NCBI GenBank assembly: GCA_965205505.1
Contig: CBDBHB010000009.1
Coordinates: 2,304,001-2,368,000, forward strand
DNA: 64,000 nt
Direction of reading: 5' to 3'
Source of the DNA: Acidobacteriota bacterium
GTDB taxonomy: Bacteria; Acidobacteriota; UBA890; WLXD01
Below are positions 1 through 10,931 of this stretch, in pieces. Within the stretch, counting starts at the first letter, position 1. Every line of letters begins with the position of its first letter. A program made the position numbers and the translations under genes. The notes under the pieces were generated by a model. It was not told the DNA's origin. It saw only the letters and a program-made list of their open reading frames with translations, and made no database searches.

Positions 1-27
1 CCCAGCCGAGCGATCGGGAGCGAGGCG

Positions 28-639
28 ATGCTGAGCGATTTTCTTTACGCACTGCGACGTGGCTTGGATCAGCTGCGTTACTTCCGCCATACTTACTCGC
101 CGCTGAGTCCTTGGCGCGGCGCGGTCAACGAGCTTGTGAGCGACACCGAGCAGGAAGCGGAGCGGTATGGGATCGGCGCGCGCGTTGACCGCCGCCGGGC
201 GTATCAGGTTGCGCGCATGGTGGTGTCGAACCGGCGCGGTGAGCATCTCGTCGATCAGCTGCCCGACGCGTACATCGCCTATTCGCCCCCGTCGGCGGCC
301 TCTTTCTACACCGGCAAGCGCAGCTATGGAGCCCCTGTACAACGCCGTCGGGATTTTCGCGCACATCCCCAGACGCTCGCCTACCTGCTCACCCCACCGC
401 GGTTGTCGCGCTTGGGTCTGGGCGGCTCGGCCGCGGGAGGCTTGGTCGTCATCGAGCCCGAGCAAGACGCTGACGTAGCGCTCAAGACGGTGATGGCCCG
501 GCTCCAGAAGCTCGGTGCGGGGAAGGCACCCCCGGCCGATCTGCGCTCGTACGGGGAAGTGCTACTGAAACTGCACGCCGGTTTGCCGGTCGAGAAGACG
601 TCGGAGGATCCAGAGGATCCGGTGGAGCAAGCTGCCTGA
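28..639 (+). CDS. hypothetical protein
   Basis: 203-aa ORF with ATG preceded by a GGGAGCGAGG RBS-like sequence; no recognisable motif. Confidence 0.55.
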   Translation: MLSDFLYALRRGLDQLRYFRHTYSPLSPWRGAVNELVSDTEQEAERYGIGARVDRRRAYQVARMVVSNRRGEHLVDQLPDAYIAYSPPSAASFYTGKRSYGAPVQRRRDFRAHPQTLAYLLTPPRLSRLGLGGSAAGGLVVIEPEQDADVALKTVMARLQKLGAGKAPPADLRSYGEVLLKLHAGLPVEKTSEDPEDPVEQAA

Positions 640-680
640 AGGCTCGGCGACCCGCGACGAGTAGCGCCTGGACGCAACAA

Positions 681-707
681 GGGCGACCGATCGTCGACCG
701 GCCGCCC
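681..707. terminator. GC-rich hairpin between convergent genes (possible bidirectional terminator)
   Basis: GGGCGACCG...CGGCCGCCC inverted repeat between the stops at 639 and 757; no U-tract. Confidence 0.35.
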
Positions 708-756
708 TCGATGGCGGAACCGTGTTCGGCCTGCCTCAGTTCATCGAGGCGACGGC

Positions 757-1536
757 CTAAGGCTTACGGAATTTGAGCACGTAGCGATCCGTCTTGTAAC
801 GCCCGTCCGCGAACCCGGCTGTAGTGTGGTCGTCGTCGGGGTTGCGGAGGATGTCGGAGCTGCCGGCGAGCTCGAATCCGCCCGCCGTGAACTCGTCGAT
901 CACCGTCTGTTCGTTCAGGCGATGAGTGTCCTCGTGCCACCCTTCGTGCGGGGTAGCGACCTCGACGATACCGACGATGCCGCCGGACTTCATGGCGTCC
1001 AGCAACTGGGCGACAGTAGCCTGTCGGCCGCCGCCTAACTGTTCAGCATCGTGATAGTTACGGACCGCCACCGCCACGTCGAGGCTTCCCGCTGGAACGT
1101 CCGGGATGTTCGTCACCACTTGCACGTTACCGAGCCCGCTTCCGTCGATGCGCTCGGTGAGCGCGTCGAGCGTGGCGAATTGTCCGTCGGCGTAGAACTC
1201 CATCACCGCGTACACCGTGCCCTCGTCGCCCATCAGTCGCGACAGCAGGTGCGTGTTGTAGCCCTCTCCCGGCCACACGTCGGCAACCGTCATGCCGGGC
1301 TCGACGCCGAGGAACTCGTACACGTCGATGGCCTTGCGATACTCGTCCTGCGCGACCTCTTCCTCGGGTCGGGCAGCGTCAGCCAAGACGCCGCGGTCGA
1401 GTCCCGCGGGCATCTGATCTGCCGGCTCCTCGACGGGAGGCGCCTCGGCAGCCGGCTCGGCGGCGCCGCAGCCGATCGTGGCAAGGTGCCCGATCAGCGC
1501 GAGCGCCAGTGTCCAACGGCAGGGTGGTTTGTGCAT
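757..1536 (-). CDS. class I SAM-dependent methyltransferase (COG4798-like), lipoprotein
   Basis: EFLGVEPGMTVADVWPGEGYNT SAM motif I, VRNYHD, THRLNEQ, SDILRNPDDD, DRYVLKFRKP; N-terminal lipobox IGC. Confidence 0.8.
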   Translation of the reverse strand: MHKPPCRWTLALALIGHLATIGCGAAEPAAEAPPVEEPADQMPAGLDRGVLADAARPEEEVAQDEYRKAIDVYEFLGVEPGMTVADVWPGEGYNTHLLSRLMGDEGTVYAVMEFYADGQFATLDALTERIDGSGLGNVQVVTNIPDVPAGSLDVAVAVRNYHDAEQLGGGRQATVAQLLDAMKSGGIVGIVEVATPHEGWHEDTHRLNEQTVIDEFTAGGFELAGSSDILRNPDDDHTTAGFADGRYKTDRYVLKFRKP

Positions 1537-1624
1537 CCTATGTTCTCCCTATTGAGGCGGTGTGAGAACCGCGAGTCGTCAGACGCTCACGAGTCGCGAT
1601 TCCGGAACCGCCTGAGGCAAACAG

Positions 1625-2434
1625 TTACTCGACCGGCTTGCGGTACTTATGAACGAAACGGTGCAGGTAGTACCGGTGAATCGGGGCATCGGCTTCGGCG
1701 CCGTCCTCTCCCGCACGTTCGCGTCCATCGAAATCGTACGTGTCATCGGGGTTCAGAAGCACGTCCGAAGCCTCGACGAATTCGAAGCCGGCCGAGGTGA
1801 TCTCCTCGCGCGACAGCACATCGTTGATGCGATGAACCGGCTCGTCACGCTCGTCGGGCTTGTCGGTCTGGGCGTCGACGACGGCGAAGATTCCCCCAGG
1901 CTTGATAACGCGCATGAAGGCGGGCAGGGCTGCGAGGCGGTCCGGTGCGTCGCCGAGGTCATGGTAATTGCGAACCGTTAGCAACACGTCGAAGGTGTTC
2001 TCCGGCACCTCAGTCGGGTCGTCGACGACCTCGAGGTTGGTGAACCCGAACGGGTCCAGGCGTGCTCCGAAGCGCTCGCGGCTTCGAGCTGCGCGCTCCG
2101 GATCCATCGGCTCCGGCCCCAGCATTGCCACGACGCGGCCGTCGTCGCCGACCAGCTGCGCCAGTATTGCCGTGTTGTAGCCGCCGCCGGGCCACAGGTC
2201 GCCCACCGTCGTGCCCGGGCCGATGTCGAAGAACTCGTAGACTTCGAGCGGCTTGAAGCCAGCGTCGCGGTAGTGATCGTCTTCGCTGCGAGCCGGATGA
2301 TCCAGTACCGAAACGGGTTCAGGTTCGGCAGCGGTCTCGGCCGGCTCGGCCGGTGGCTCGACGCCTCCGCTGCAGCCGACGGTCAGCAGGCCGACGACGA
2401 TGAGGCTCAGGCAAGTTGAGCGGGAACTGTGCAT
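1625..2434 (-). CDS. class I SAM-dependent methyltransferase (COG4798-like), lipoprotein; paralog of 757..1536
   Basis: GPGTTVGDLWPGGGYNT, VRNYHD, VHRIND, RFVHKYRKP; start moved to ATG 2434 behind an AAGGAGA RBS; lipobox VGC. Confidence 0.8.
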   Translation of the reverse strand: MHSSRSTCLSLIVVGLLTVGCSGGVEPPAEPAETAAEPEPVSVLDHPARSEDDHYRDAGFKPLEVYEFFDIGPGTTVGDLWPGGGYNTAILAQLVGDDGRVVAMLGPEPMDPERAARSRERFGARLDPFGFTNLEVVDDPTEVPENTFDVLLTVRNYHDLGDAPDRLAALPAFMRVIKPGGIFAVVDAQTDKPDERDEPVHRINDVLSREEITSAGFEFVEASDVLLNPDDTYDFDGRERAGEDGAEADAPIHRYYLHRFVHKYRKPVE

Positions 2435-2656
2435 GGCATCTCTCCTTGGTGGGGATCCAGTAGATCGATTCACGGCGACGGCGGCGGAGCGCACGAGGGC
2501 ATCCAGCCAATGTTGAAGTACGCCGAATCGGATTCGCGCTCGCCTAGGATAGTCGGCGGTTGCGACAAGCGATAGGTCGCATCGCGCGCGCCCCGCGACC
2601 CGGGCAACTAGAATGACGGTGACGGGTCCGAGTCAACTGCGAGGGGGGTAGAAGAG

Positions 2657-3169
2657 ATGGCGCAGGTCACGGCGGCGATGGTAAAGGCGCTCAACGCGCA
2701 GGTGGCGCGAGAACTGCAGGCAAGCCACAACTACCTCGCGATGGCCGTTTATCTGGAGGGTCGCAGCCTCCAGTACTTGGCGGCATTCTTTCACCGCCAG
2801 GCCGAAGAGGAGCGAGGGCATGCCATGAAACTGGTGGCCTATCTCCAGGAAGTCGGTCAGACGCCGACGATCCCGGCGCTGACTCGTCCGAAGGCGCGCT
2901 ACACGTCGATCGACGATGTCTTCAAGACATCGCTCAGGCAGGAGCAGGCGGTGACTCGTGCGATCCACGAGCTCGTCCATACTGCCCAGGGCAAGAAAGA
3001 CTACGCCACGTTCCAGTTCCTGCAGTGGTTCGTCACCGAGCAGGTCGAAGAAGAGGCTTCCTTCGGCAAGCTGATCGATGTGATCGAGATGTCACAGAAC
3101 GTCCTGCAGGTGGAACACTACGTGCGCCACATGATGGGGACGCAGGGCGAGGCCACCACGGCCTGCTAG
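2657..3169 (+). CDS. ftnA: ferritin (non-heme, FtnA-like)
   Basis: LNAQVARELQASHNYLAMA, EERGHAMKL, FLQWFVTEQVEEE ferroxidase motifs. Confidence 0.9.
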   Translation: MAQVTAAMVKALNAQVARELQASHNYLAMAVYLEGRSLQYLAAFFHRQAEEERGHAMKLVAYLQEVGQTPTIPALTRPKARYTSIDDVFKTSLRQEQAVTRAIHELVHTAQGKKDYATFQFLQWFVTEQVEEEASFGKLIDVIEMSQNVLQVEHYVRHMMGTQGEATTAC

Positions 3170-4143
3170 TAGGCCGTGGCGTTGGAGCGGCGCGCTCGGG
3201 CCCACGCCACGAGGCCGGGAAGCAGGGCGATCAGCAACGTGATCGGCGATACCAGGAACGAGATCGCCGCTGCTGGGGCGTGCGCCATCAGCCCCAGCCA
3301 AGTGGCCGCATAGGCGAAGCCTCCCTGCTCGACGCCGACGCCGGCCGCCGAGATCGGCAGCCGCGCCACCAGATAAACGACCGGAACGATCGCCGCCATC
3401 TCGACAGCGGTGGTCGGCACATCGAGCGCGGCTGCCGCTGCCAGATACGTGACGATCGGGAAGAGGCCTTCCAGGAGCGTGAGCAGCAGAAAAGTCCATA
3501 TCTCGCGTGGGTGATCTCGCCAGCTCGCGTACTCGCCGGCCAGAACACCGAGCTTGCCGGTCAAACCAGAACGTTGGCTGAGCTGCTCCTGTGCGCTGGC
3601 AGCGATCTTGAACGACATCGGCAAGCTCAAGCTGAGCACCAGCACCGCCGCGGCCGCGACGATCGTCAACGTCGAGCTCTCGACCGGCACCTGCATCTGG
3701 AGAGCGACGATGAGTGCCACGCTGAAGGCGCAGAACACCGCCTGTGACAGCGCACCCAGGGCGCGCTCCAATGCGATGGAGGCGATCACGGTCTCGGTGC
3801 TGGCACGGCTGCCGCGCATGACGGTGACGCGTACCACGTCAGCGCCTACTGTCATGGGTAGGAAGATGCTCGCGAACGACGAAACGTAGTACGCACGGGT
3901 GGCTTCGCCAAATCCGACGTCGACGCCCCTGGCGAGCAGCAACCGGCGCCATTTGTAGACCATCAGCAAACGATCGCCCGTGTGTAGCAGGATCACGACG
4001 GCGCCTCCCGCCAGCGAGATGCGCCCCAGAATGGCGACCACGTCGCCGAGGCCGGCCCGCCAGAGCACGAAGGCGACCAGGCCGAAGCTGACCCCGAGGC
4101 GGAGGAGGAGGTCGAGTCGGCGCGGCATGCTGCCTAGCGACAA
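3166..4143 (-). CDS. lysylphosphatidylglycerol synthase TM / flippase-like (UPF0104) membrane protein
   Basis: Multi-TM protein with KWRRLL, FLPMTVGADVVR, LERALG, LPISAAGVGVEQ patterns. Confidence 0.75.
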   Translation of the reverse strand: MSLGSMPRRLDLLLRLGVSFGLVAFVLWRAGLGDVVAILGRISLAGGAVVILLHTGDRLLMVYKWRRLLLARGVDVGFGEATRAYYVSSFASIFLPMTVGADVVRVTVMRGSRASTETVIASIALERALGALSQAVFCAFSVALIVALQMQVPVESSTLTIVAAAAVLVLSLSLPMSFKIAASAQEQLSQRSGLTGKLGVLAGEYASWRDHPREIWTFLLLTLLEGLFPIVTYLAAAAALDVPTTAVEMAAIVPVVYLVARLPISAAGVGVEQGGFAYAATWLGLMAHAPAAAISFLVSPITLLIALLPGLVAWARARRSNATAY

Positions 4144-4205
4144 GCTCGCGCTGGCCCCGAGACCCGCGATAGTAGCCGCGGCGTGCCGCTCAATCCGGGA
4201 TGGTG

Positions 4206-4260
4206 TGCCCAGGGTGGGACTTGAACTCCCACGGGCTTGCGCCCACTAGGTCCTGAGCCT
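4206..4260 (-). pseudogene. 3' half of tRNA-Leu(CAG); probable att-site remnant
   Basis: Reverse complement reads AGGCTCAGGACCTAGTGGGCGCAAGCCCGTGGGAGTTCAAGTCCCACCCTGGGCA (anticodon loop, variable arm, T arm, acceptor 3' strand); no D-arm or 5' half upstream. Confidence 0.85.
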
Positions 4261-4505
4261 GGCTGGAGAGTCCTGGCTGACATTGTGCCCAATAGCAAAT
4301 GGCGCAGGGGCGAAGTAACCGCGGGAGCTTACACGACCGTTCTATGAGTCGCGAAGTAAACGCTCGAGGCGAGCCGGTATGAGGACACGTGCAGGAGGCG
4401 GAAACTGGCCTCACTCACCGCGCCTGCCGGCGGTTCGGTCACCGGCGTGTCGCTGCTAGGCCGCTCCAGGAGATCTGTGCATGGCTCAGCTCCTCCTTTT
4501 GCGGC

Positions 4506-4557
4506 TTGACGCGGCCCTTCTTCAATATATTCATTTGTAGAGTCCTGATTGTAGAGT
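4506..4557 (+). promoter_or_regulatory. putative promoter and PadR operator
   Basis: TTGACG at 4506, an AT-rich segment, and direct repeat TTGTAGAGT at 4535-4543 and 4549-4557 upstream of padR. Confidence 0.45.
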
Positions 4558-4597
4558 ATTCAAACCAGCGTTCAGAGACGCGCCGCCGGTGGTCGTT

Positions 4598-4936
4598 ATG
4601 CCCGGGAAATTCCTCGCCGAATTCGAGCTCTACGTCATGATGGCGATCGCCCGTTTGGGAGACGAAGCCTACGGAGCCACGGTGCGCCGTGAGATCGAAT
4701 CGCGCACGGGTCGGCCAGTCTCGATCGGGGGGTTGTACGCCACGCTCGGGCGGCTGGGCGACAAGGGCCTCCTCGGTTTCGACGAGATCGATCCGCAACC
4801 GGGGCAGCGGGGAAGCGCGCGCAAGTATTGTCGCCTGACTCCGCAGGGGCAGGAGGCGATGGACCACTCGATGGTCATGCTACGCCGCATGATGGACGGC
4901 CTGGATCCGGTCGAGACCGCGGAGCCCGGCCGGTGA
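4598..4936 (+). CDS. PadR-family transcriptional regulator
   Basis: FLAEFELYVMMAIARLGDEAYGATVRREIE...SIGGLYATLGRLGDKG...RKYCRLTPQG. Confidence 0.9.
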   Translation: MPGKFLAEFELYVMMAIARLGDEAYGATVRREIESRTGRPVSIGGLYATLGRLGDKGLLGFDEIDPQPGQRGSARKYCRLTPQGQEAMDHSMVMLRRMMDGLDPVETAEPGR

Positions 4937-7762
4937 GCCTATCGCGGCGGTCGGGCACGTCGCGGCCGCATCCCGCCGGCGCCCCGGCCTGCCGCGCCCC
5001 GCGTGTGTCCCGCGTGCTGTTGGCCATGGCGCTCAGGCCCGCCGACCGGCGCTTTGCGCTCGATGATCTCGACGAAGAGATGCAGATGCGCGCAATGCAG
5101 GACGGTACGGTCCTGGCGCGGCGCTGGTACCGGCGCCAGACGCTTCAGTCTTTGCTCCCCCTGGTTCGACTGCGGGTTCTCGGCACTCGATTCGGCAAAC
5201 ACCACTCACGAGATGTCCGCAAACCATGGGGAAGTAGGATGCTCAATTTTCTCGGTGATCTTCGGCTTTCGATTCGGACCCTGGCGAAGGTGCCGGTTGT
5301 CGTCATCGTCACGGTGCTGTCGCTCGGCTTCGGCATCGCCCTCGCTACGACCATCTTCACGATGGCCAACACCTTCCTGCTTCGATCCCCTACCGGCGCG
5401 AGTGGTGATCTTCATGGCCTGGTCGCGGTTTATACGAGCCAGGCCGGCGGCAGTGCCCACGGGGAAACGTCGTTTCCGGATTATTTGAGCATGGCCGAGC
5501 GGATCGATGCGCTCGGCGAGGCCAGCCCCCTCGACGAAATCCTCGCGTTTCGGGAGGGCATGGTGCGGATGGAGGTCGGCAACGACCAAGAGGAGAGCTT
5601 GCGGGTGGAGATCGTCACCGGCAATTACTTCGACGTGCTTTCCATCCGGCCACCACTGGGGCGCGCTTTCCTCCCCGAGGAGACGCTGGTGGGAAGCGCC
5701 GAGCCAGTGGCGGTGATCAGCCACCAGATGTGGCGCCACCGCTTCGGCGCGGACCCCGCGGTCCTGGGCGAGTCCATGGCGCTCGACGGCATCGCCTTTA
5801 CGATCGTCGGTGTCGCACCGGAGGGGATGACGAGCCTCGCGCTACCTCTCGAGATCGACGCCTGGCTGCCGCTCGGAATTCCCGGCGGCACCTACTGGGC
5901 CACGCCCCGCGAGCACGCCGATCGCGACGACCGCGAGTACGGCGTCATGGGCCGCCTGCGCGCCGGAGCCACGATCGAGCGAACGCAGGCCCAATTCGAT
6001 CTGCTTGCCGACGCGCTGCACTCCGAGTTCGACGCGGTCTGGGAAGACGACCTCGGCAGGCCACGCCGCCTGACCGTTCTTTCGGAGCGTGGCTCCCGCG
6101 TACCGCCCGGTATTCTGGTTGGCTTCGCAGCCTTGACGCTGATGATCTCCGGGAGGATCCTGTTCATCGCCTGCTCCAACGTCGCCGGCATGTTCCTGGC
6201 GCGGGCCGATCAACGCGCCTGCGAGATGGCCGTGCGCTTGGCGCTCGGCGCCAGCCGCCGTCGGCTCGTGCGCCTGCTGCGGACCGAAAGATTGGTGTTG
6301 GGGCTGGTAAGCGGGGCATTCGGCGTCGCGCTGGCGCACCAAGCAGTGCGGTGGGCGGGGAGGATGCCGTTTCTTCCCGTGGGCCTGGCCCTGAAGTTCG
6401 ACTTCAGCCTCGACTACCGCGTGCTGCTGTTCGCGGTGTTCACCTCGGTGGCAACGAGCGTCGTTTTCGGTCTTGCCCCGGCGCTGGAAGCGTCGAAGCC
6501 GAGCCTCACGCCATCGCTCAAGACCGTTACCGGCGCTACCGGCCCGCGGCCCGGCCGTTTTGGGCTGCGCAACCTGTTGGTCATGGGGCAGTTTGCGGTC
6601 TCGCTCGTGTTCCTGGTCAGCGCCGGCCTGGTGGTGCGCACGATGCAGATCACCTCAGCCACGGACCTCGGCGTGAACCCCGCTCGCATCGCCTCGATGA
6701 CGAAGTGGCTCGACGAGCAGGAGTACGCTGCGCCGGCGGCGCAAGATTACTTCGACCAGGTGGAAACGCAGTTGATGACGCTTCCCGGCGTAGAAGCCGT
6801 GCACTCCACGTTGACGGCCGAAGCGTCGCTTGTCGCTTCGGTGTTCCGCTTGCAGGTCGAGGTCGACGGCCACGATACCCCGCAGGGGGAGCGCTCGATG
6901 GCGTCGTACAACGCGGTAACGCCCGGCTACATGGAGATGCTCGGCATCGAGATGCTGCGCGGTCGAACGATCGCCGCCGCTGACGAGGTGGGCAGCCGCC
7001 GAGTCGCGATCGTCAACGAGGCTTTCGCCGACCGTTACTGGCCCGAAGCCGGCCCGATGGGGCGCCAGTTCCGCATCGTGGGGCGGCGTGGCGTGCGCGG
7101 TCCGATGCCGCACGAGGCGCAGGCGGTCGAGATTGTCGGCGTGGCGCGCAACGCTTCGTATGCGGGGTTCGGCAGCGATCAGAGTCCGTTCGTCTGGCTG
7201 GCGATTGCTCAGGACCACGCGCCGTATCGTTTTTTGCATGTGAAAAGCCGATCGAGCGCCGAGGCGGCGGTGATGATTCTGGCCCGCGAGGTGCCGGTGG
7301 CGCGGGGTGAGCTGCCGCTCATCCAACCGACGACCTACGAGGAGCTGATCAACCTCCCCTTCATGATCATGGCCGCGGCGTCGCGGGCGATCGGCTACTG
7401 CGGTGCATTTGCCCTGTTGCTGGCGGCGATCGGCATCTATGGCATCGTCTCGTTCGCGGTCGGCCAGCGGCGCCACGAGATGACGATACGGCAGGCAGTC
7501 GGCGCCATGCCACAGCAGGTTCATCCGGCTCATCCTGCGCGATGGAATGTTCTCGGCCGCGTGCGGCCTGGTGGCCGGCCTCGTGATCATGCTGCCGATC
7601 ACGAGGTTGCTGGCAACGCAGCTGCCGGAGCTCAGCCCGTTCGATCCACTGGCCGTGCTGGGAAGCGTTGCCGTGCTTACAACGGTTGCCCTGGTGGCCA
7701 CGCTGATTCCGGCGCGTCGCGTCATCCGGCTGGACGCGATGAACATTCTGCGTGAGGAATGA
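4933..7762 (+). pseudogene. ADOP-type duplicated ABC permease (MacB-PCD/FtsX x2), frameshift near 7520
   Basis: GTG overlaps the padR stop; VTGNYFDVL, FIACSNVAG, EMAVRLALGASR, IGIYGIVSFAV; C-terminus (FDP...IPARRVIRLDAMNILREE) lies in another frame (7547..7762). Confidence 0.8.
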
Positions 7763-7862
7763 GGGGCGGGAACTCGCGAGAGGCGGTCACAGATGCCGCA
7801 GACCTACCGTCTTAGCCCCTGCGAGAATCAAGAACACCTTCCATTGTCGGCGACGATAGTAT

Positions 7863-7896
7863 ATATCCACTGATGGTTATATCCACCGTCGGATAT
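7863..7896 (+). promoter_or_regulatory. tandem palindromic operator ATATCC-N6-GG(A/T)TAT, putative PadR site
   Basis: ATATCCACTGATGGTTAT (7863-7880) and ATATCCACCGTCGGATAT (7879-7896) directly before the RBS of the permease. Confidence 0.55.
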
Positions 7897-7910
7897 TCTA
7901 GTGGAGATCG

Positions 7911-10579
7911 ATGAGCCGTTCCGGTCGTCTCTATCGTGCCTTGGTGCGCATTTGCTCCCGGGGTCTGCGCGAGGAATACGGCGATTACATGGTCGCGGCC
8001 TTCGATGCCATGGTCGCGGAGCATCGTGCGGCCGGGCAATCCCTTCCATTGATGCGCGCTTGGGCGCGGGCTTTGGCGGATCTGCTCGTCGTTGTACCGC
8101 GCGAGCGACTCGACCAGGCTCGGCAACTCCCCGCCCGAGGCAGGACACCGATGGAAGCCAGACTGCGGGACGTTCGTTTCGCCGGCAAAAGTCTGGGACG
8201 CCAGCCCATGTTCACCGTGGTGGCCGTCTTGACAGTGGCGATCGGTGTCGGCGCCACTACGACCATCTTCAGCGTCGCCAACGGGCTGCTCTTGCGGGTG
8301 CCCGCGGGGGTGCGCGACCAGGAGCGCCTGGTGTCGGTGCACCGCCTCTCCCAGGATGGCTCGAGCTTCCACTCGTTCGGCATCCCGCTGTACCGGGCCA
8401 TGGCCTCCAGCGGCGGCGACCCGGTACAACTCGGAGCCTTCGACACCTTCGTCGGCGGGCTGGTGGTCGACGATACGTCGTTCCGCTTCCAGGGATCGTT
8501 GGTGTCGGCCAACTACCTGCAGATGGTGGGCGTCCGCCCGGCGCTCGGGCGCTTCTTCCATTCCGAGGAGGACACCGTCCCGGGGCGCGACCTGGTCGTC
8601 GTCATCTCGCACCGGCTCTGGCAGGAGCGCTTCGGCGGCGAGCCGGACGTCATCGGGCGCCAGATTCAGCTCAATGGCTCCGGGTTCACGGTGATCGGGG
8701 TCACCGAGCCCGGCTTCGAGGGTCACGTGGTGATCTTCGTCATGGACCTGTGGGTGCCGATCTCGGCGCAGGGCGTTGTGTTCGCGCGCCCGGATTTGTC
8801 GGATGAGTCGGCGCGCACGTCGGTCGAGGCCGTCGGGCGTCTGGCGCCCGGGGCCAGTGTCGAGCAGGCGCGCGCCGCGCTCGATGCGGTGGCCTTCTCG
8901 TTTCTCGAGGATCGCGAGCAGGAATGGCACGGTGTCGACGTCTATCCCTACTCGCCGTTGTTTCAGGCGCTGCGCACGCCGGTTGTCGCCTTCCTGGCCG
9001 CGCTCTTCGTGGTTGCCGGCGTGCTGCTGGCGATCACCTCGGTCAACGTGGCCAGCATGATGCTGTCGCGAGGCGCGGCACGCGGCCGTGAAGTCGGCAT
9101 ACGACTGGCCATGGGCGCCACGCGTGGACGGGTGGTCGCGCAGCTGCTGACCGAGAGCATCGTGCTCTTCATGCTCGGCGGAGGACTCGGTGTGCTGATG
9201 GCCTTTTGGGCCACCGGTCTTCTGGCCGGCTTCGGACTACCTATCCCGATCGATCTCGACCTCAGCTTCCGGCCCGATATGCGGGTGCTGGGCTTCGCCC
9301 TGGCGGTTTCGACGCTGACCGGTGCGATCTTCGGCCTGTCGTCGGCGTTGCACGCCACGCGCGGCGACTTGGTCTCGGCGCTGAAGGAGGGCTGGTCGCA
9401 ACCGCGTGGGCGGCAGCGACTGCGTGGCGCGCTGGTCGTCGCCCAGGTCGCCGGCTGTGCCGTGTTGTTGGTGGCGGCGGGCCTGCGCGCTCGCTGGCCC
9501 GTGCCGGCTCGGTCGACTTGGGGCTCGATCCATCGGGGGTGCTTGCCGTCATGGTGGACACGGGCTCCGCCGGGCGTACCACCGAGGAAAGCCGTCAATT
9601 CTTCACCAGGCTTCTGGAAGAGGCGCGGCAGACCGCTGGAGTCAACAGCGTCGGCTTGATCGATGTGCCACCGCTTACCGGTAGCAACCAGCAATCGATC
9701 GCCGTGCTGCCCGATCGACCGGCCGTGCGTGGGGACGGTCTGCGGCGGATCGAGTACGCGCGGATTACTCCGGGCTACCTCGAGACGATGCGCATCTCGC
9801 TGTTGTCGGGGCGCGACTTCGACTCGCGTGACGTCGACGGCTCGCCGGGCGTGGCAATCGTCAACGCGACGTTTGCCAACCAGGCCTTCGGACGCACCGA
9901 CGTGATCGGCCAGCATTTCGGCCTCGGCAGCAGCACCGAGCCCCTCGATGTAGAGATCGTCGCGGTGACCCAAGACAGCAAGATCCGCAGCGCCGGCGAT
10001 CAAGCGCGGTCGCTGGTCTATGTTCCGTGGGCCAAGTCGGGCGACCGCAATATGACCATGGTACTGCGCTCCCGCGACCCGGCATTGGCCTCGGTGCTGC
10101 GCGCGAAGATCCATCAGATGGATGCGGCGCTGACACCCCCGATGCTGTTGCCATACTCGGAGCTGGTCGGGCTGGGGTTGCTGCCGGGAAAGCTGGCCGC
10201 CGCGCTAGCCACGGGTTTCGGAGCGATCGGATTGCTGTTGGCCGCGGTGGGTCTGTACGGAGTCCTGGCCTGCTCGGTCGTGCAACGAACCCGCGAGATC
10301 GGCATCCGCATGGCGCTCGGTGCCGAGCACCGTCAGGTACAGCGATTGGTGATTCGCGAGGGCCTGCGACTGACGGGGATCGGTCTCGTTGTGGGACTCG
10401 TACTCGCGGTCGGCATGGGGATGTTGCTGCGCGTGGTCCTGTTCGGTATCAGCCCGGTGGACCCGCTTACCTACGGCGCCATCGGGGTCGTGCTGTTGGT
10501 GGTTGCGGCATCAGCCTGCTGGCTGCCGGCACGTCGCGCCGCGACCACCGACCCGGTGGTCGCACTGCGGATGGAATGA
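7911..10579 (+). pseudogene. ADOP-type duplicated ABC permease, frameshift near 9490
   Basis: N-half in 7911..9659 (VSANYLQMVGV, REVGIRLAMGA, LVVAQVA), C-half in 9206..10579 (GLYGVL, REIGIRMALGA, WLPARRAATTDPVVALRME). Confidence 0.8.
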
Positions 10580-10595
10580 CTCAAGGAGCGAGTAG

Positions 10596-10931
10596 GTGAC
10601 GATGGCGCAAGAGTCGAGCCCACTGCCGGAGCCGCTGCGCCCGCTGGTGTTCCGGATCCTGTTGCTACTCAACGAGTCGGAGCGGCATGGCTACGGGATC
10701 ATGAAGGAGGTCAACGCGCGCGCCGGCCGTAGCCTGATCGTGGGCCCGGCGACACTCTACCGGACCCTGAAGCAGCTGCGCGACGACGGGTTGATCAGCG
10801 AGAAGGTAACGGGCGACGACAGACGGCGGGTCTATCACCTGACCGCGGCCGGGCGCAGCGCGGCCAGAGCCGAAGCCGAGCGCATGTCGGTACTCGTAGA
10901 CCGGGCGCGAGCGGGCCGCTTGATCGGGTAG
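10596..10931 (+). CDS. PadR-family transcriptional regulator
   Basis: FRILLLLNESERHGYGIMKEV...GPATLYRTLKQL...RRRVYHLTAAGR. Confidence 0.9.
   Translation: MTMAQESSPLPEPLRPLVFRILLLLNESERHGYGIMKEVNARAGRSLIVGPATLYRTLKQLRDDGLISEKVTGDDRRRVYHLTAAGRSAARAEAERMSVLVDRARAGRLIG

Noticed and set aside
4201-4440. tmRNA or intron-split tRNA
   Set aside because: The fragment has a Leu anticodon and variable arm, no Ala-type acceptor stem, and no matching 5' half nearby
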